From an uncultured Thermoproteaceae archaeon (GTDB taxonomy: Archaea; Thermoproteota; Thermoprotei; Thermoproteales; Thermocladiaceae), in the NCBI GenBank assembly GCA_964343155.1, contig CAYFHR010000001.1, positions 1 to 39,402 of the forward strand: a stretch of DNA of 39,402 nt, read 5' to 3'. Below, piece by piece: positions 1-9,875 of the stretch (positions are counted from its first letter, which is position 1; the number at the start of each line of letters is the position of its first letter). The position numbers and the translations under genes are program-made. The notes under the pieces were generated by a model. That model was not told the origin of the DNA and searched no databases. It saw nothing but the letters and a program-made list of their open reading frames with translations.

Positions 1-47
1 GGGCATAGGTTTATTTACCAACACAGCCTGATGTTTAACGTAGGTTA

Positions 48-1922
48 ATGGTTAATTTAAAGGTTGATAAGTATTTCCCATACGCCAAGTGGAGGAGGAT
101 CCAGGAGGCGGTAGCCGACTTCGTATATAGCAGGCTCAGTGAGGGGGTTAGCGCAATTGTTGAGGCACCTACCGGGGCTGGTAAGACGGCATCTGTGCTT
201 GCGTCAACATTAGCCTTCGCCATCGACAACGGTTTAAAGGTCATATACCTAGTTAGGACTAATAACCAGGCAGCATCGCCGATAAGGGAGCTTGAAAGGT
301 TGTTTAGGGTTAAGGGAGTCTTCATACCCTATGTGCTGGTTAGGAGTAGGTCCAGGATGTGCTGCATAAAGTCCACATCCAGGCTACCCTACAGGGACTT
401 CCTAGACGAGTGCAATTACCTTAAGTCGACGGGCAAATGCCCATATTACGCAAACCTTGAAAGCAGGGGTATTGACAAGTCCCAGTTCTTCGACGTGGTG
501 GCTGACGTTAAGTCGCCTAAAGGCTACGTTGATGCACTATGTAGGCTTAACGTATGCCCCTACGATGCGTCTAGGTTAATGGTTAAGGAGGCTAACGTCG
601 TAATACTATCGTACTACTACCTATTTACGCTCAATGCACCTGAAGTTGTCGACATTGACCTAGCCTCATCAATACTGATTATTGATGAGGCGCACAACCT
701 ACCATACTCCATAATAGACCTCAACACCGTGAAGCTCGACGAATATATGGTTAAGCTATCTACAGTTGACGTTAAGAGGTTTGTTAACGACAGCGAGTTA
801 AGGGCAAGGGCACTTAGGGACTTGGCATTGCTGAGGATGATGTTTAAGGATTTGTTCAAGGGAATTAGCGACGTGGGTGAGTATAGGGTTGATTATGGTA
901 AGGTTCTTGAATACTTCACAGACATAAACGACTTGAAGGAGGCTGCTATGGAGGTTTTGGTAAATAAGAGGAGGCAGGGCATAGTCCTAGCAGGCACTGC
1001 GCTAACAGACATAGTGGACTTCTATAAGGCCATAGTCAATGCGCCTAAGGGCAGGGCACTATTCCTATCCTTGACGAGTGAGGGTAAGGCTATCGTCAGT
1101 AGGCTTATGGATCCATCTGAAGCTTCGCAACCATTAAATAAGGCATACGCATTCGTGGCGATGAGCGGTACAATGCCTCCACTAGCCCTATTTAAGAAAT
1201 TCCTAGGCATTGAAAGGAGGGTTGAGGAGCTTAGAATCGGGTTAGGCGACTTCATAAGGCCAGGCAACCTGAAGGCCGTGGTGTATAGTGGTGTTACGAC
1301 TAGGTTTACTGAGAGGAGTGAGGAGCAGTTCAGTAGGATTGCCCAAGCGTTAGTAAGGCTTTATGAAAGCGTTGATAAGGGTGTATTGGCGGTGTTCCCA
1401 TCATATGAGGTTTTGAAGTCTGTTAGAAGGCATATTGGCCCCAATGTAGATACCATAGTTGAGTTAAGTACATCAACGATAGAGGAGGTTACGGAGGCTA
1501 TTAAGGCTAATCCACATAGGTTAATAATGGCTGTTGCCGGGGGTAAGTTTGTTGAAGGCATAGAGTTCAGGCACGGTGACGTGAACTACATAGAGGCTAT
1601 AGCAATAGTCGGCGTTCCTTACCCTGAACCAAACGACTTCATGGACATGCTTGTCGAATCGATTAGAAGTAGGATGAATTACGACGACGCCTGGGACGCC
1701 GTATTTACGTGGAACGCCATGGTTAAGGTTAAGCAGGCTATAGGTAGGGGCATTAGGTCTGAGGACGATAGGGCATTCGTAGTGCTCATGGATTACCGGT
1801 TTAGTGCAAATAAGGGTGTTTGGGATGAGTTAAGAAGCTATATAGGGGATGTTGAGGTTTACGACAGCTTAGATAAGGTTATTGAGGACCTAGATAAGTT
1901 CAGGCACGTCAGCAAGGCGTAG
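48..1922 (+). CDS. xpd: XPD/Rad3/DinG-family ATP-dependent DNA helicase with Fe-S cluster
   Basis: Walker A EAPTGAGKT, Walker B IIDEAHNL, Fe-S cysteines (RMCC...DEC...KCPY...VCPY), motif III MSGT, motif VI QAIGRGIRSEDD. Confidence 0.92.
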   Translation: MVNLKVDKYFPYAKWRRIQEAVADFVYSRLSEGVSAIVEAPTGAGKTASVLASTLAFAIDNGLKVIYLVRTNNQAASPIRELERLFRVKGVFIPYVLVRSRSRMCCIKSTSRLPYRDFLDECNYLKSTGKCPYYANLESRGIDKSQFFDVVADVKSPKGYVDALCRLNVCPYDASRLMVKEANVVILSYYYLFTLNAPEVVDIDLASSILIIDEAHNLPYSIIDLNTVKLDEYMVKLSTVDVKRFVNDSELRARALRDLALLRMMFKDLFKGISDVGEYRVDYGKVLEYFTDINDLKEAAMEVLVNKRRQGIVLAGTALTDIVDFYKAIVNAPKGRALFLSLTSEGKAIVSRLMDPSEASQPLNKAYAFVAMSGTMPPLALFKKFLGIERRVEELRIGLGDFIRPGNLKAVVYSGVTTRFTERSEEQFSRIAQALVRLYESVDKGVLAVFPSYEVLKSVRRHIGPNVDTIVELSTSTIEEVTEAIKANPHRLIMAVAGGKFVEGIEFRHGDVNYIEAIAIVGVPYPEPNDFMDMLVESIRSRMNYDDAWDAVFTWNAMVKVKQAIGRGIRSEDDRAFVVLMDYRFSANKGVWDELRSYIGDVEVYDSLDKVIEDLDKFRHVSKA

Positions 1923-1952
1923 GCTTATTAACCCTAGGCCTGAAGTTTAGCC

Positions 1953-2795
1953 GTGGGTTATGACCACCTGGAGAGGAGGAGAATTGATGAGAGGCGATTC
2001 AGGATTAAGGATATTGACCAGCTTAAGCTAGTTGACGACGTATTCAACGACTACACATTGAAGGCGCTTTACGAATTGATGAATAAAGGCATTGTCTACG
2101 AAGTCTATGGGCCTGTAGCCCAGGGTAAGGAGGCTAAGGTGGTTTGGGGCAGGTCAGGCGACGGTAAGGACATTGCATTGAAGATATTCTACACCCTTGC
2201 GAACAGGTTCAAAAACAGGGACACATACATCCTGGGTGATCCGAGGTTTACAGGTAAGCCCAGCAACCCGTTTAAATTAGCCAACATGTGGTGTAGGAAG
2301 GAGTTCAGGAATCTCAAAAGGGCCTTCGAGGCTAGGGTCTCCGTACCAACGCCAATAGCGTTTAACGCAAACATATTGGTCATGGAATTCGTAGGCGATG
2401 AAGGCGTACCGGCGCCGACGATTAAAGATGCGCCGCCTGAAGATGTGGACAAGGCATACGTGGAGGTCCTCATCAATGTTGATAAGGCATACGTGGCGGC
2501 TAAGCTCATACATGCGGATTTAAGCGAATACAATATCTTGAATTGGGGCGGTAGGCTAGTGATCATAGATTGGGGGTCCGCAATAGATTCATCACACCCC
2601 AACGCCCTGGAATTCCTAGCAAGGGACATAAGGAATGTTAACAGGTTCTTCTCTAAACTAGGCGCAGACGTAGTTGATGACGAATACGTGGTCAGGGTAC
2701 TTGAAGAGAGGGGTAAGGGTATGTATGAGTTTGATGAGTCGGGTAGGCTTCTTGTAAATGGCCTAGACCTATTAGCCATGCTTAATTTTACATAG
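1953..2795 (+). CDS. rio1: RIO1-family atypical protein kinase
   Basis: GKEAKV, IALKIF, EFRNL, catalytic loop LIHADLSEYNIL, IIDWG, FLARDIRNVNRFF. Confidence 0.93.
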   Translation: MGYDHLERRRIDERRFRIKDIDQLKLVDDVFNDYTLKALYELMNKGIVYEVYGPVAQGKEAKVVWGRSGDGKDIALKIFYTLANRFKNRDTYILGDPRFTGKPSNPFKLANMWCRKEFRNLKRAFEARVSVPTPIAFNANILVMEFVGDEGVPAPTIKDAPPEDVDKAYVEVLINVDKAYVAAKLIHADLSEYNILNWGGRLVIIDWGSAIDSSHPNALEFLARDIRNVNRFFSKLGADVVDDEYVVRVLEERGKGMYEFDESGRLLVNGLDLLAMLNFT

Positions 2796-2870
2796 TTAAT
2801 ATTTTACATAACGGCTATTTAGACATGTAGAGTAATGCATATAAATGAGGCGCAAGCTCCATAATTTACA

Positions 2871-5552
2871 ATGAGCCCTAGGTGGAAGTACGTAGTAACC
2901 TTTGAGGACGCTAATCCAGATGACATAAAGTTGCTTGGGGGTAAGGCATCAAGCCTAGTATTAATGACCAGGTTAGGGCTACCGGTACCTGCAGGCTTCA
3001 CAATAACCACTGTTGCCTGCAAGGAGTATTACAATAGGGGTGAGAAGCTCCCCGAAGGCCTAATGGACGAGGTATATGAAGCGATGAAGTATCTGGAGCA
3101 GAAGATGGGTAGGAAGTTCGGTGACGAGAACAACCCACTACTGGTTAGCGTCAGGTCCGGGGCAGCCGTATCGATGCCAGGCATGATGGATACTGTACTT
3201 AACGTTGGTTTAAACGACAGGACTGTTAAGGGCCTGGCCAGGTATCTGGGCAGTGAACACGCAGCCTACGACGCCTACAGGAGGTTCCTTGCAATGTTTG
3301 GGAGGATCGTATTAGGCATACCTGAGGAGGAGTTTAACAAGCCCCTTGAGGAGATTAAGAAGAAGTATGGTGTAAAGGAAGACCCTGAGATACCACTTGA
3401 GGGGCTTAAGGAATTAGTCGAGATATATAAGCAAGTCTACCTGAGGAGGGTTGGCAGGATAATCGATGACCCATGGGAGCAGCTGAGGCTATCAATAGAG
3501 GCGGTCTTCAAATCCTGGAACTCACCCAGGGCAAGGTTCTACAGGGAGGCTAACAAGATAACTCCAGATATAGCGGACTGCACAGCCGCATCGATAGTAT
3601 CGATGGTCTTCGGCAATGCGGACTGGAGGTCTGCAACAGGCGTAGTCTTCTCAAGGAACCCTGCGACTGGGGAGGATGAGCTATACGGCGAGTATTTACC
3701 ATATGCCCAGGGTGAGGATGTGGTAGCTGGCATAAGGACGCCTAAGCCCGTATCTGAGCTTAAGAAGGAGATGCCTGAGGTTTATGAACAGTTATACAGG
3801 GGCGTTAAGCTCATTGAACAGTATAAGAAGGCTGTACAGGACGTCGAATTCACCATTGAGAAGGGTAAGCTATGGTTCCTACAAACTAGGAACGCTAAGA
3901 TGAACCCGCTTGCAATGATTAAAGTTGCAGTGGACATGGTTAAGCAGGGCTGGATGACTAAGGAGGAGGCCGTAATGACCATTAAGCCCCAGCACATACT
4001 CCAGGTACTCTACCCAAGGATCGATGAGTCTAAGGCACCTAAACCAATAGCCAAGGGCATTGCCGCATCCCCAGGCGCCGTCAGTGGGCAGGCCGTCTTC
4101 GACCCAGACACAGCCGTTGAGTGGGCTAGGGCCGGTAAGAGGGTTATCCTGGTTAGGGAGGAGACGAGGCCAGACGACGTGCACGGCTTCTACGCCTCAG
4201 TGGGCATATTGACGAGTAGGGGTGGTGCAACAAGCCATGCCGCAGTGGTTGCTAGGGCTATAGGTAGGCCTGCCGTTGTTGGGGCTGAGGGGCTTAAGAT
4301 AGATTACGCCACAAGGTCTGCTAGGGCGGGCGACGTCGTTATCAAAGAGGGCGACTGGATAACCATAGATGGATTCACAGGCAACGTTTATGTCGGGCAG
4401 GTACCGACCATAGAGCCCAAGCTGCCTCCAGAATTCTTCGAACTACTAGACATGGCCGACTCACTGTCCCTATTCGGCGTTAGGGCTAATGCAGACACAC
4501 CGGAGGATGCATCGATAGCGAGGAGGTTTGGTGCGAAGGGTATAGGCCTACTTAGGACCGAGAGGATGTTCAGGGCTCCAGGTAGGCTTGAGCTATTCAG
4601 GACTGTCATACTTTCAGCCAGTGAGGAGGAGAGGAAGAGCGCCCTAGATAAGTTAACTGAACTTATGGAGAAGGACTTCGAGGAGATCTTCGAAATAATG
4701 GAGGGGTATCCGGTGACTGTGAGGCTCTTCGACCCGCCGCTGCACGAATTCTTACCTAACCTAGAGGAGCTTGTGGCTGACGTAACCAGGGCTAGGGTGC
4801 TTGGCAAGCCTGACCCTGCTAAGGAGGCGCTGCTCAACAGGGTTAAGGCATTAATGGAGGCTAACCCAATGATGGGCCATAGGGGTGTTAGGCTTGGAAT
4901 AACGTTCCCAGACATCTACAAGGCCCAGGTTAGGGCAATACTTAGGGCTGCGCTGAACCTTAAGAAGAGGGGTAAGGAGGTTAAGGTCCAGATAATGATA
5001 CCGCAGGTTGCCGAGGCTAAGGAGCTTGAACACATAATAAATAATGTTGTTAAGCCGACGGCAGAGGAGGTGTTTAAGGAGCTTGGAGACAGGATAGACT
5101 TCAAGATAGGCACAATGATGGAGACTGTTAGGGCCTGCCTAACGGCAGACAAGATAGCGAAGGTTGTCGACTTCATGAGCTTCGGCACAAATGACCTAAC
5201 CCAGGCGGTCTTCAGCTTCAGTAGGGATGACGTTGAGAATAAGTTCATGAGTAAGTACCTCGAATTGGGCATATTGCCATACGACCCATTCATAACCATA
5301 GACGCTGACGGAGTGGCTAAATTGATGAAGATTGCAGTCGACCTAGCTAGGTCCACGAAGCCTGAGATTGAGATAGGGATATGTGGTGAGCATGGCGGCG
5401 ATGCAGATTCAATAAGGATACTGGCATCTACGGTGGGTAGGGGGCTTAACTACTTCAGCGCATCACCATACAGGGTTCCTGTAGCTAGGCTTGTGGCTGC
5501 CCAGGAGTCCCTTAAGATACTTGGTAAGGCGCCTAAGATAGCTGAGTATTAA
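2871..5552 (+). CDS. ppdK: Pyruvate, phosphate dikinase
   Basis: LLGGK, LLVSVRSGAAVSMPGMMDT, phospho-His motif GGATSHAAVVAR, GIGLLRTE, SFGTNDLTQ, GICGEHGGD; 893 aa. Confidence 0.97.
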   Translation: MSPRWKYVVTFEDANPDDIKLLGGKASSLVLMTRLGLPVPAGFTITTVACKEYYNRGEKLPEGLMDEVYEAMKYLEQKMGRKFGDENNPLLVSVRSGAAVSMPGMMDTVLNVGLNDRTVKGLARYLGSEHAAYDAYRRFLAMFGRIVLGIPEEEFNKPLEEIKKKYGVKEDPEIPLEGLKELVEIYKQVYLRRVGRIIDDPWEQLRLSIEAVFKSWNSPRARFYREANKITPDIADCTAASIVSMVFGNADWRSATGVVFSRNPATGEDELYGEYLPYAQGEDVVAGIRTPKPVSELKKEMPEVYEQLYRGVKLIEQYKKAVQDVEFTIEKGKLWFLQTRNAKMNPLAMIKVAVDMVKQGWMTKEEAVMTIKPQHILQVLYPRIDESKAPKPIAKGIAASPGAVSGQAVFDPDTAVEWARAGKRVILVREETRPDDVHGFYASVGILTSRGGATSHAAVVARAIGRPAVVGAEGLKIDYATRSARAGDVVIKEGDWITIDGFTGNVYVGQVPTIEPKLPPEFFELLDMADSLSLFGVRANADTPEDASIARRFGAKGIGLLRTERMFRAPGRLELFRTVILSASEEERKSALDKLTELMEKDFEEIFEIMEGYPVTVRLFDPPLHEFLPNLEELVADVTRARVLGKPDPAKEALLNRVKALMEANPMMGHRGVRLGITFPDIYKAQVRAILRAALNLKKRGKEVKVQIMIPQVAEAKELEHIINNVVKPTAEEVFKELGDRIDFKIGTMMETVRACLTADKIAKVVDFMSFGTNDLTQAVFSFSRDDVENKFMSKYLELGILPYDPFITIDADGVAKLMKIAVDLARSTKPEIEIGICGEHGGDADSIRILASTVGRGLNYFSASPYRVPVARLVAAQESLKILGKAPKIAEY

Positions 5553-5586
5553 GCTTCCTCAAAACTTAACCCCAGCTTAAAACAGC

Positions 5587-6465
5587 CTATTCCTTTTCCT
5601 TAACCAGCCTAACTACATCCCCCAGATACTCTACGAATTCGTTTAATAGTCCCCAATTAAGGGCCTGGGCCTCAACCCTAGCATCATTAAGGTACTTCTC
5701 CAAGATCTTTACAGCGTCTATAACGGGTTCTTCAGAGCCGTCAGCCTTAAGCACATCTACTATGTTTACGTCAACGCTCCTCAAACCCTGGGGATTTTCC
5801 TCATCAAGCTTAAGGTAGTCTATTAAATCATCCCTGATTTGGTAAGCCACCCCTAGGATTCTACCCAACCTCCTCAACCTGGCTATGAGTTGGTCATCCG
5901 CATCCGATACGTAGCCTCCGACGACCATTGATGAGGATATTAATGAGGCAGTCTTATTCTCAACTATCTTAAGGTACCTGTCCAGGCTTATTTCACCACT
6001 AAGCCTATATTCAAGCTCATAGGATTGCCCTATCGTCAGCCTTAACGCAGCGTTCGTCAACTCTAATGCAACGCTCTTCGTCTTAGCCTTCAACGCATAT
6101 TCGACAGCCTTAGCTATCAACATGTCGCTCGCCAACATTGCGTACTCTGTCCCAAACCTCTTAAAGGGGGTTTCAACCCCCCTCCTAACCACATGGCCAT
6201 CTATTATGTCGTCCTGGAGGAGGCTTGCGACATGTAGAAGCTCTATCGAGACTGCAGGATATATTGCTGGTGTTGGGTCGTTTGAAAGCATATATGCCGT
6301 ATATAGGGCTAACATGGGCCTAATCATCTTACCCCTATGCAGCAGGTAATGCATTGTGGACTCCTTCAACCTACTCGGCATTGAAATTCCCTGAAGTAGG
6401 CCCTCTAGTTCTGAGGCAACATGCCTCAATGCGCCTTCAACGGGCTTAGGGAGCTTAAGAGACAT
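5587..6465 (-). CDS. Polyprenyl (probably geranylgeranyl) diphosphate synthase
   Basis: GKMIRP, first Asp-rich motif LLQDDIID...RRG, GQ, KTA, second motif YQIRDDLID. Confidence 0.9.
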   Translation of the reverse strand: MSLKLPKPVEGALRHVASELEGLLQGISMPSRLKESTMHYLLHRGKMIRPMLALYTAYMLSNDPTPAIYPAVSIELLHVASLLQDDIIDGHVVRRGVETPFKRFGTEYAMLASDMLIAKAVEYALKAKTKSVALELTNAALRLTIGQSYELEYRLSGEISLDRYLKIVENKTASLISSSMVVGGYVSDADDQLIARLRRLGRILGVAYQIRDDLIDYLKLDEENPQGLRSVDVNIVDVLKADGSEEPVIDAVKILEKYLNDARVEAQALNWGLLNEFVEYLGDVVRLVKEKE

Positions 6466-6472
6466 AAGCCAA

Positions 6473-7318
6473 TTACCAGGGTTCGTTTATGTAGCTCCTC
6501 CTATAATTCCTATACACGTACTCGACATCCTCTGTGCTTAAATCCTTTAAAATGGGCCTAATGGACCTATACTCCCTAATCATAGAGGTATTTACCTCAA
6601 TGACCACCGAATCCTCATCATAATACTTCGCCTTCGCTAAAACCTCACCAAGTGGATCCACTACGAAGCTTCCCCCAAAGAAGCCCAGGCCATCGTACTG
6701 GCCCACGGTGTTTACGTAGGCTACATATGATACGTTCTCCATAGCCCTAGCCCTTATGAATGTTTCAAAATGCATCCTCGACATGTCTGGGGCGGCGCTT
6801 ATGTAGACCTGTAGTTCAGCCCCCTTAAGCATCATTGCCCTCGACACCTCTGGGTAAAATGCGTCGTAGCATATTGCCATGCTTAGCCTAGAGCCGTTAA
6901 CCGTAAATACAGGTACATCACCCTTACCGATGCCGAAGTATCTAGCCTCGTCGAAGACGCCGTAGCTCGGCAGGTGCCTCTTCCTATAGTGGGCTAGTAG
7001 TCCATTGGGCCCAACTGCAACTGCCGTATTGTACAATACTCCTGTGTCTGGATCCCTCTCAGCCATACCTGTAATTATTGTGCATCCGAAATCCTTAGCT
7101 ATACTAGCCAATTCGCCGACTATCCTCCCGTTTAGGGGTTCTGCAACGTGGAATAGTAGGTCCCTAGACATGTAGCCTGGCACGTATAGTTCAGGCGTTA
7201 TCAATACGTCGGCTCCATCACCCCTGCAGTTGGCCTTGGCGTAGCTCCTCAATCTAGATATGTTGTACTCAACGTCGCCCAGCCTACTTGCGTATTGGAG
7301 CAGGTGTAGCCTTAGCAC
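6473..7318 (-). CDS. Carbon-nitrogen hydrolase (nitrilase/amidase superfamily)
   Basis: Glu-Lys-Cys triad motifs TPELY, YRKRHL, AICYD; also RARAMEN and GGSFVVDPLG. Confidence 0.92.
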   Translation of the reverse strand: MLRLHLLQYASRLGDVEYNISRLRSYAKANCRGDGADVLITPELYVPGYMSRDLLFHVAEPLNGRIVGELASIAKDFGCTIITGMAERDPDTGVLYNTAVAVGPNGLLAHYRKRHLPSYGVFDEARYFGIGKGDVPVFTVNGSRLSMAICYDAFYPEVSRAMMLKGAELQVYISAAPDMSRMHFETFIRARAMENVSYVAYVNTVGQYDGLGFFGGSFVVDPLGEVLAKAKYYDEDSVVIEVNTSMIREYRSIRPILKDLSTEDVEYVYRNYRRSYINEPW

Positions 7319-7384
7319 ATGCCTCCAAGTGACACTACATTATAAGCATTTTCCACGTAGAAAACGTTATACCCTTAAAAAGAC

Positions 7385-7888
7385 CTACTGCGACTTCCCA
7401 CCCCCACCGCCTCCACCTCCACCGCTCGGCTGGGGCGCCTTCTTCCTCTGGACGCCGACCGTCATACCTCTCCTACCCGTCACCCTGGTCCTCTGCCCCC
7501 TAACCTTAAGCCCTAGGCTATGCCTTATACCCCTCCACGACATTATGCGCTTCTCCCTCTCAATATCGCCCCTTGCAGCCAGTATCAGGTCGGCGCCTAT
7601 GAGGTGTATGTTCCTGCCTGTTTCAGGGTCCTTAGGCCTATTGACGAACCAGCCTGGGGCGAATTGGTGAAGATTCCTCACAGCCCAGTCTAGCTTCCTA
7701 ATCATCTCCTCATTCAAGTCGCCCAACCTTGATAGGGGGTTTATGCCTAGGTACCTGCATATTGCGAAGGCTGTCGATAACCCAATGCCCTTTATCTTAG
7801 ATAATGCGTAGGCGACGGCCTTATTGCCATCTAGGTCAGTATCCCCTATACGGACTATCTGCCTACCTTGAACCTGCGCCTCAGACAT
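7385..7888 (-). CDS. rps13: 30S ribosomal protein S13 (uS13) with poly-Gly C-terminal tail
   Basis: IVRIGDTDLDG, ALSKIKGIG, SWRGIRHSLGLKVRGQRTR. Confidence 0.97.
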   Translation of the reverse strand: MSEAQVQGRQIVRIGDTDLDGNKAVAYALSKIKGIGLSTAFAICRYLGINPLSRLGDLNEEMIRKLDWAVRNLHQFAPGWFVNRPKDPETGRNIHLIGADLILAARGDIEREKRIMSWRGIRHSLGLKVRGQRTRVTGRRGMTVGVQRKKAPQPSGGGGGGGGGKSQ

Positions 7889-7910
7889 TGAGGCTTGCTT
7901 AAACCCCTCC

Positions 7911-7917
7911 TTATAAA
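7911..7917 (-). promoter_or_regulatory. TATA box of leaderless rps13
   Basis: Minus-strand TTTATAA starting 29 nt before the ATG at 7888. Confidence 0.7.
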
Positions 7918-7922
7918 GATTC

Positions 7923-8387
7923 CTAGCTATTCAAGTACTCTACAATGAACCATAGGAACACCAGGAACACTATGGATACTGCTAATGTTAAAGGCTTCCT
8001 GAAGGCCATTGTTATTAGGCCCAGGTAGGGTATGCTTAGGCATGCCTCACCATAAACCTCGTTAATGGGCGTTAACCAGGGGTCTGGAGCCATATTGCCA
8101 TCACCCTTAGTCTCCACTTCAGGTACCCCTGATGAATTATATATCGCAACTACTCTATGTATTATATATTCGTCGTAATGGTAGTAGACCACCACGTGGC
8201 CTATTAAGCTTGTGTAGTTACGCGGCAATGGACATAGTACTACAAGGGTCCCTGTCTCGAAGGTTGGCTCCATGCTGAAGCCCCCAACTACGGCCCAGGG
8301 TATTTTAACGGCGCCTAATAAACCCAGTACGAGGTATATTAGCACTAGGGCTAATACAACATAGCCCACTACGTCGCTAATCCTCAT
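7923..8387 (-). CDS. Signal peptidase I (S26B, Sec11/SipW type)
   Basis: N-terminal TM helix, catalytic Ser GFSMEPT, IIHRV, TKGDGN..PD, C-terminal TM after IPYLG. Confidence 0.92.
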   Translation of the reverse strand: MRISDVVGYVVLALVLIYLVLGLLGAVKIPWAVVGGFSMEPTFETGTLVVLCPLPRNYTSLIGHVVVYYHYDEYIIHRVVAIYNSSGVPEVETKGDGNMAPDPWLTPINEVYGEACLSIPYLGLITMAFRKPLTLAVSIVFLVFLWFIVEYLNS

Positions 8388-8428
8388 GCAGTCTCACATT
8401 AGGGGTCTTTTAAAGGCTTTATCCCAAT

Positions 8429-8743
8429 GGGCCCAACCCCCATACTACAGCCAGGGGGCCACCGCCGCCACCCCAGGCCCATGCTTAGGCCAGTGGACCC
8501 CTGAACGCACCCACCCCGGCTTAGGGCCGCTCCCTCCCGGGCCTAACCCGGTTCGCCGGCTTAACCCACTACCCCCAGCCCTACGGCTAGGGGCGTGGGC
8601 TGTGGGTGCCCCAGGGGGCTGGCCCTCATTGCGGTGCCTGGGGCACGTACGGCAGTCCCCTGGCTGCAGCATGGGGTTTCGGCCCCCGTAAACCTACGGC
8701 ACCCGTGCGGGTGGGAGGGGTGGCGCCCCTCCAGGCCCGGCCC
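8429..8743 (-). ncRNA. ffs: Signal recognition particle (7S/SRP) RNA
   Basis: GC-rich island. Minus strand has helix 8 TTAGGCCC-GGGA-GGGAGCGGCCCTAA, helix 6 CCCCTAGCC-GTAG-GGCTGGGGG, and long helix 5 (CCCCATGCTGCAGCCAGGGG pairing with CCCCTGGCTGTAGTATGGGG). TATA at 8764-8771. Ends approximate. Confidence 0.92.
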
Positions 8744-8791
8744 AGTGGGCTATTGCGATAAACGTTATAAATTTTAATTCAACAGCAGGAT

Positions 8792-9874
8792 GTGGTTAAG
8801 GTATCTGTAATTGTGCCGACGCTCAATGAGGCCGGCAACATAGGTAGGCTTCTCGAGTCCCTGAACGACGCCTTGAAGGGCTATGATTACGAGGTCGTTA
8901 TTGTGGATGACGGCTCAACGGATGGTACTGTCGACGTTGCTAAAGGTACTGCAGGCAGGTTGAAAATACCCCTTAAGGTGGTTGAGCGAGGTAGGAGGCT
9001 TGGGCTCTCAAGCGCAGTCATAGATGGCTTCAAGGCCAGCAGCGGCGACATCCTGGTGGTCATGGATGCAGACCTCCAACACCCACCAGCAATCGTGCCT
9101 AGGCTCATCGACGCATTACTCAACGGCTCAGACCTAGCCGTCGCCTCAAGGTACGTTAAGGGCGGCGGTATTGAGAGGGGTTGGCCCCTCCTGAGGAGGG
9201 TTATTAGCCAGGGGGCCATCCTCCTAGCCCACCTCCTCATACCCTCATCCAGGCCTGTGAAGGATCCTGTCTCAGGATTCTTCGCATTGAAGAGGAGCGT
9301 AATGTGCCTAGATAGGGCTTATGGAGACTACAAAATACTCCTAGACATATTGGCAGTCTGCAGGCCAGGCAGGGTGGTTGAAGTCCCCTACGTCTTTAAG
9401 ACTAGGGAAGCCGGCTCATCAAAGCTGGGCCTTAGGCAAATAGTGAACTACCTCAACCAGACTATATCGCTAAGCCTACAGATGATTAGGCTGAGTGGAT
9501 ATAGGCCCCTTAAATTCGCGCTGGTGGGTTTAATAGGGTTGTTTGTGTCTGAGGGATTCCTACACCTCTTCTGGAGGATACTTAACCTACCCTACTTCGC
9601 ATCACTCATACCTGCAATAGAGGCTGGCATAGTGAATAACTATACTTTAAATAAATACTGGACTTTTAAGGAGAGGTATGTGCCTTATCTAAGGGGATTG
9701 GGCAAATACCATGTTGCAACAATAATAAGCACACTGATAACGTACGCGACCTCAAATGCCCTACATTACCTAGCCGGCGTTAACGGCTACGTGGCATACG
9801 TCATAGGGGTGGTGTTGGGCTTCATAGCTAACTACATCATGGCCGAAACCTACGTATTTAAGCCCGGGGGCTAA
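8792..9874 (+). CDS. GT2 dolichol/polyprenol-phosphate mannose synthase-like glycosyltransferase fused to a GtrA-like membrane domain
   Basis: VSVIVPTLNE, IVDDGSTDGT, VMDADLQHPP, DPVSGFF, R.AGSSKL; C-terminal four-TM region (KFALVG...NKYWTF). Confidence 0.9.
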   Translation: MVKVSVIVPTLNEAGNIGRLLESLNDALKGYDYEVVIVDDGSTDGTVDVAKGTAGRLKIPLKVVERGRRLGLSSAVIDGFKASSGDILVVMDADLQHPPAIVPRLIDALLNGSDLAVASRYVKGGGIERGWPLLRRVISQGAILLAHLLIPSSRPVKDPVSGFFALKRSVMCLDRAYGDYKILLDILAVCRPGRVVEVPYVFKTREAGSSKLGLRQIVNYLNQTISLSLQMIRLSGYRPLKFALVGLIGLFVSEGFLHLFWRILNLPYFASLIPAIEAGIVNNYTLNKYWTFKERYVPYLRGLGKYHVATIISTLITYATSNALHYLAGVNGYVAYVIGVVLGFIANYIMAETYVFKPGG

Positions 9875-9875
9875 A

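Noticed and set aside
8429-8743. Circularly permuted SRP RNA gene as in Thermoproteus
   Set aside because: Helix order reads Alu, 5, 6, 8, 5 as in linear genes, and no convincing terminal bulge-helix-bulge was seen; not fully excluded without end mapping
8386-8777. Three GC-rich ORFs (101, 75 and 60 aa)
   Set aside because: Pro/Gly/Arg-rich artefacts of the SRP RNA sequence
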